From contig DAOVSH010000001.1 in assembly GCA_030633565.1 (NCBI GenBank), positions 1 to 57,285 on the forward strand: DNA of 57,285 nt. The letters run 5' to 3'. Position numbers and translations under genes: made by a program. Source of the DNA: Candidatus Cloacimonadota bacterium (lineage in GTDB: Bacteria; Hydrothermota; E44-bin80). Shown piece after piece: positions 54,576 through 57,285 of this stretch. Every line of letters begins with the position of its first letter. Position 1 is the stretch's first letter. Under the pieces are notes generated by a model. That model ran no database searches, was not told the origin of the DNA, and was given only the letters and a program-made list of their open reading frames with translations.

Positions 54576-55931
54576 TTATATCTTAATAAAATCATACTTT
54601 TTTAGTATATCAAGAAAACACTTCTTAATTCTATTAAGATTTTCTTCTGTGTTAGCTTCGAATCTAAGAACGAGAACAGGCTGTGTGTTTGAAGCACGCA
54701 GAAGGCCCCAGCCGTAAGGAAATGTAACTCTTACACCATCAATATCTAATATTTTATAATCCTTCTTGAAAATTTCTTTTACCTCATCCACAACAGCAAA
54801 TTTTTCTGAATCTGGGCAATCAATCCTTATTTCAGGTGTAACGAAATATGATGGAACTTTATCAGCAAGTAGAGACATTGGTTTATTAGTGTTTGAAAGT
54901 ATCTCAACTAAGCGTAATGAGGCAAAGATTGCATCATCAAAACCGTAATAGTTGTCGGCAAAGAACATATGTCCACTCATTTCGCCAGCAAGAGGTGCGT
55001 TTTCTTCTTTCATCTTTGCCTTTATAAGAGAGTGTCCTGTCTTCCACATAAGAGGAACCCCACCGTTTTCCTCGATATATTCAAGTAAACCATTTGAGCA
55101 TTTAACCTCGCAGATAATTTTTGCTCCAGGATGTTTTTTTAAAACTTCAGTTGAAAAAATTGCAAGCAATTTATCTCCCCAAATTATCCTGCCTTTCTCA
55201 TCGATAGCCCCGATTCTATCTCCATCACCATCAAACCCAATTCCAAGATCTGCCTTTGACTCTTTAACTCTCTGTATCAAATCATTAATGTATTCCGGAA
55301 TAGTAGGATCAGCGAGGTGATTAGGAAATAAACCATCTGGTTCAGCAAAAAGTATTTCAAATTCAAACGGCAAGTTTTTGTATAACTTGTTTATTACTGG
55401 TCCAGTTATTCCGTTACCGCTATCAAAAATTATTTTAAGTTTCCTCTTTCCTAGTGAAATTCTACTGAGAACATCTGTTATGTAATCATTTACTGAATTT
55501 TTTTCCTCGTAATTCCCCTGACCCTTTTTGAAATTTGATTTCTCAGCAATTTTTCTGATATGCTGAATATCTTTACCATATATAGTATTTCTTCCAACAA
55601 GCATTTTCAATCCATTGTATTCTTTTGGATTGTGACTTCCAGTTATCTCAACACCTCCGTTGAGTCCATATTTATGTACAGTAAAATATAGAACTGGTGT
55701 GGGAATTTCACCAAAATCTACAACATTAACACCAGTTGAAAGCAATCCATTCACAAAACTGGTTTTAATTCTTTCAGAACTGAGTCTTATATCCCGTCCA
55801 ATCCCAATCAATTTTGCATTATCAGGGAGAAACGTTCCATATGACCTCCCCAGTTTTTCAGCGACCTCATTCGTCAAATCAATATCCGCAATGCCACGTA
55901 TATCATATGTTCTAAAAATTTCTGTATTCAT
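54576..55931 (-). CDS. Phosphomannomutase/phosphoglucomutase (alpha-D-phosphohexomutase family)
   Basis: 451 aa. N-terminal FRTYDIRG, active-site TGSHNP, metal-binding FDGDGDR, and sugar-binding loop GEMSGH. Confidence 0.75.
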   Translation of the reverse strand: MNTEIFRTYDIRGIADIDLTNEVAEKLGRSYGTFLPDNAKLIGIGRDIRLSSERIKTSFVNGLLSTGVNVVDFGEIPTPVLYFTVHKYGLNGGVEITGSHNPKEYNGLKMLVGRNTIYGKDIQHIRKIAEKSNFKKGQGNYEEKNSVNDYITDVLSRISLGKRKLKIIFDSGNGITGPVINKLYKNLPFEFEILFAEPDGLFPNHLADPTIPEYINDLIQRVKESKADLGIGFDGDGDRIGAIDEKGRIIWGDKLLAIFSTEVLKKHPGAKIICEVKCSNGLLEYIEENGGVPLMWKTGHSLIKAKMKEENAPLAGEMSGHMFFADNYYGFDDAIFASLRLVEILSNTNKPMSLLADKVPSYFVTPEIRIDCPDSEKFAVVDEVKEIFKKDYKILDIDGVRVTFPYGWGLLRASNTQPVLVLRFEANTEENLNRIKKCFLDILKKYDFIKI

Positions 55932-55941
55932 AGTTTTACCC

Positions 55942-56907
55942 CTAAAGAATTATTTCCATACTCACAGACTGTGAAGATCCGAGTGTATGGGTTATGAACC
56001 CATATTGAATTGCAATTTTCCAGAATTTAAAACCTGTACCAAAAGATAATTTACCTTGATTCCATCCAAAATCAACAAGAAAATTTTCTGTATAAGTGTA
56101 TTCCAATCCAATATGTCTACTACCGTCATATCGCGTATTGTGATCAAATGACACCAAAAAGCTGGATTTTATCTTCTTGAATTCTTTCTTATAATTTACA
56201 CCAAATCTGTAATTGGTAGGGATTATATCTTTCCTTTGTGAAACAGTGTTCCATAAAATCTGCGTTCCCATTGCATCCTGAAGATTAACCCCTAATGTTA
56301 GTTTACCGGGAATTTTCTTTGTTTTAAGGACAATTATTCCTCCAACATCAATTCCTATGCCTGTTCCACCTGTTTTATAAATTGTTTCATCAAAATACTT
56401 AAAATTTCCACCAACCGAAAAGTTAAGGTGCTTCAATCTTATAAGCTTTGAAAGGTTTATAATGTATACATTAGCCATTTCATTAAAATATCCCATTGGA
56501 TTACCATCCCCCTGTAGAGATGGTGTTGTATCACGTTCTTCTGGGGTACCTTCTAATTCAGGGAAAAGTGGTATTTCATTAACGTTGTGCCGTACGACTG
56601 CGATGGAGAAGTAACTTTGAGCAACAATAGGTTTAATAAATGAGATATAATCGATAATTGACATTCCTGAAAAGTTTGAGTTATGGGTGAAATAGAGACG
56701 CGAAGAGGAAACCTGTGATGTTCCAGCAGGATTCCAGAGGATTGAAGAGCCATCATCTGCGATTGAAACAAAACTACAACCGAGTGCTTTTGCTCTTGTC
56801 CCTACTCCAAGATCAAGAAAATCGAAAGAATAACTGCCACCCCAAATCGTAGAGATAGAAACAAAAAAGAAAAAAGTTAAACTACTAAATGCCAATTTTC
56901 TCATCAT
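55942..56907 (-). CDS. Outer-membrane beta-barrel protein with a PorV/UPF0164-like N-terminal motif (possible T9SS-associated shuttle protein)
   Basis: 321 aa. Signal peptide. GTRAKALGCSFVSIADDGSSILWNPAG matches the GxRAxGMGGAxxAxxDDxxAxxWNPAG pattern seen in PorV-type proteins. Ends with an aromatic-rich barrel and a C-terminal aromatic residue. Confidence 0.35.
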   Translation of the reverse strand: MMRKLAFSSLTFFFFVSISTIWGGSYSFDFLDLGVGTRAKALGCSFVSIADDGSSILWNPAGTSQVSSSRLYFTHNSNFSGMSIIDYISFIKPIVAQSYFSIAVVRHNVNEIPLFPELEGTPEERDTTPSLQGDGNPMGYFNEMANVYIINLSKLIRLKHLNFSVGGNFKYFDETIYKTGGTGIGIDVGGIIVLKTKKIPGKLTLGVNLQDAMGTQILWNTVSQRKDIIPTNYRFGVNYKKEFKKIKSSFLVSFDHNTRYDGSRHIGLEYTYTENFLVDFGWNQGKLSFGTGFKFWKIAIQYGFITHTLGSSQSVSMEIIL

Positions 56908-56987
56908 TTAAATACTATCTTAAGTTTATCATTCTGTCAAGCAATTATTAAATTTTCTTTCATCTGAATATCATATCTTTTTTGCTT

Positions 56988-57030
56988 GACAAATTTTCAT
57001 ATTCCAACTATAGTAAATTATACAGCATAA
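56988..57030 (+). promoter_or_regulatory. Possible sigma70 promoter facing right at the window end
   Basis: TTGACA (56988-56993), 17 nt, TATAGT. The nearest candidate start is an ATG at 57230 (MKLYLKNGILKFPTKSLQ...) that runs off the window. Confidence 0.2.
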
Positions 57031-57285
57031 AATAAACATACAGCAACAGAAAACATTTCTGAAACAATCATAATTATAGAACGAAAGATGTAAGCTATTG
57101 TAATTTCTCGCTCTATTCGTAGCAGTTTAACTGTTTAACGTTAAAAACTGTAAACCTTAACGAAAAAAGAGTCGTGCAAATAGAAGCGTAAAAAAGCAGG
57201 AAGTAAAAATAGAATATCTGAAGACATAGATGAAACTTTATCTGAAAAATGGGATCTTAAAGTTTCCTACGAAAAGCCTTCAAGG

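Noticed and set aside
54445-54717. 90-aa plus-strand ORF in the rplM-manB intergenic region
   Set aside because: It overlaps the 3' end of the phosphohexomutase gene on the opposite strand. No RBS and a low-complexity translation.
1-57285. Prophage or integrative mobile element
   Set aside because: No integrase, transposase, recombinase, terminase or capsid genes were recognised. Apart from the AbiE module at the left edge and the non-coding repeat family, the window is housekeeping and metabolic.

Overview
AT-rich (roughly one-third GC by eye) bacterial chromosomal window. Several proteins end in type IX secretion (T9SS) C-terminal sorting domains, so the source is most likely an uncultured FCB-group-like lineage. 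No rRNA, tRNA, CRISPR array, integrase or transposase was recognised. All calls are from reading the sequence and ORF translations against remembered family motifs; no searches were run.

Content left to right:
- An AbiEii/AbiEi abortive-infection toxin-antitoxin pair at the left edge, with a sigma70-like promoter carrying a duplicated -35 element.
- A MiaB-family methylthiotransferase and a Spy/CpxP-like LTXXQ periplasmic protein.
- An orphan pair of BMC-H microcompartment shell genes, one with a Rho_N/SAP-like tail.
- An LpxH-like metallophosphoesterase, then ftsE-ftsX and an S9 oligopeptidase.
- Two tandem GH57 alpha-glucan enzymes plus a ROK glucokinase, and a stand-alone LeuD-like subunit.
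- An OMP-lipoprotein-permease operon and an SPFH/Band7 protein fused to zinc ribbons.
- An fpg gene with a disrupted zinc finger.
- addB-addA (recombinational repair helicase-nuclease) split by a repeat-filled spacer.
- A four-gene cluster in which every protein carries a SHOCT-like motif (DUF2089 zinc-ribbon/HTH protein, DUF4097 protein, LiaF-like membrane protein, small protein).
- A macromolecular-synthesis operon rpsU-mutS2-dnaG-rpoD.
- A SAM methyltransferase bracketed by hexanucleotide microsatellites, and an alpha/beta hydrolase.
- A cobalamin riboswitch with intrinsic terminator controlling a BtuB-like TonB-dependent receptor. Three exported proteins follow it, two of them YVTN beta-propellers and two carrying T9SS CTDs.
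- A conserved housekeeping block rseP-dxr-cdsA-uppS-frr-pyrH-tsf-rpsB, then rpsI-rplM, a phosphohexomutase and a PorV-like outer-membrane protein.

A modular intergenic repeat family with purine-rich hexanucleotide microsatellites occurs at least six times, always between genes.

The candidates most likely to be undescribed are the riboswitch-controlled BtuB/T9SS beta-propeller corrinoid-capture locus, the SHOCT-motif cluster, the modular repeat family, and the orphan BMC-H pair.
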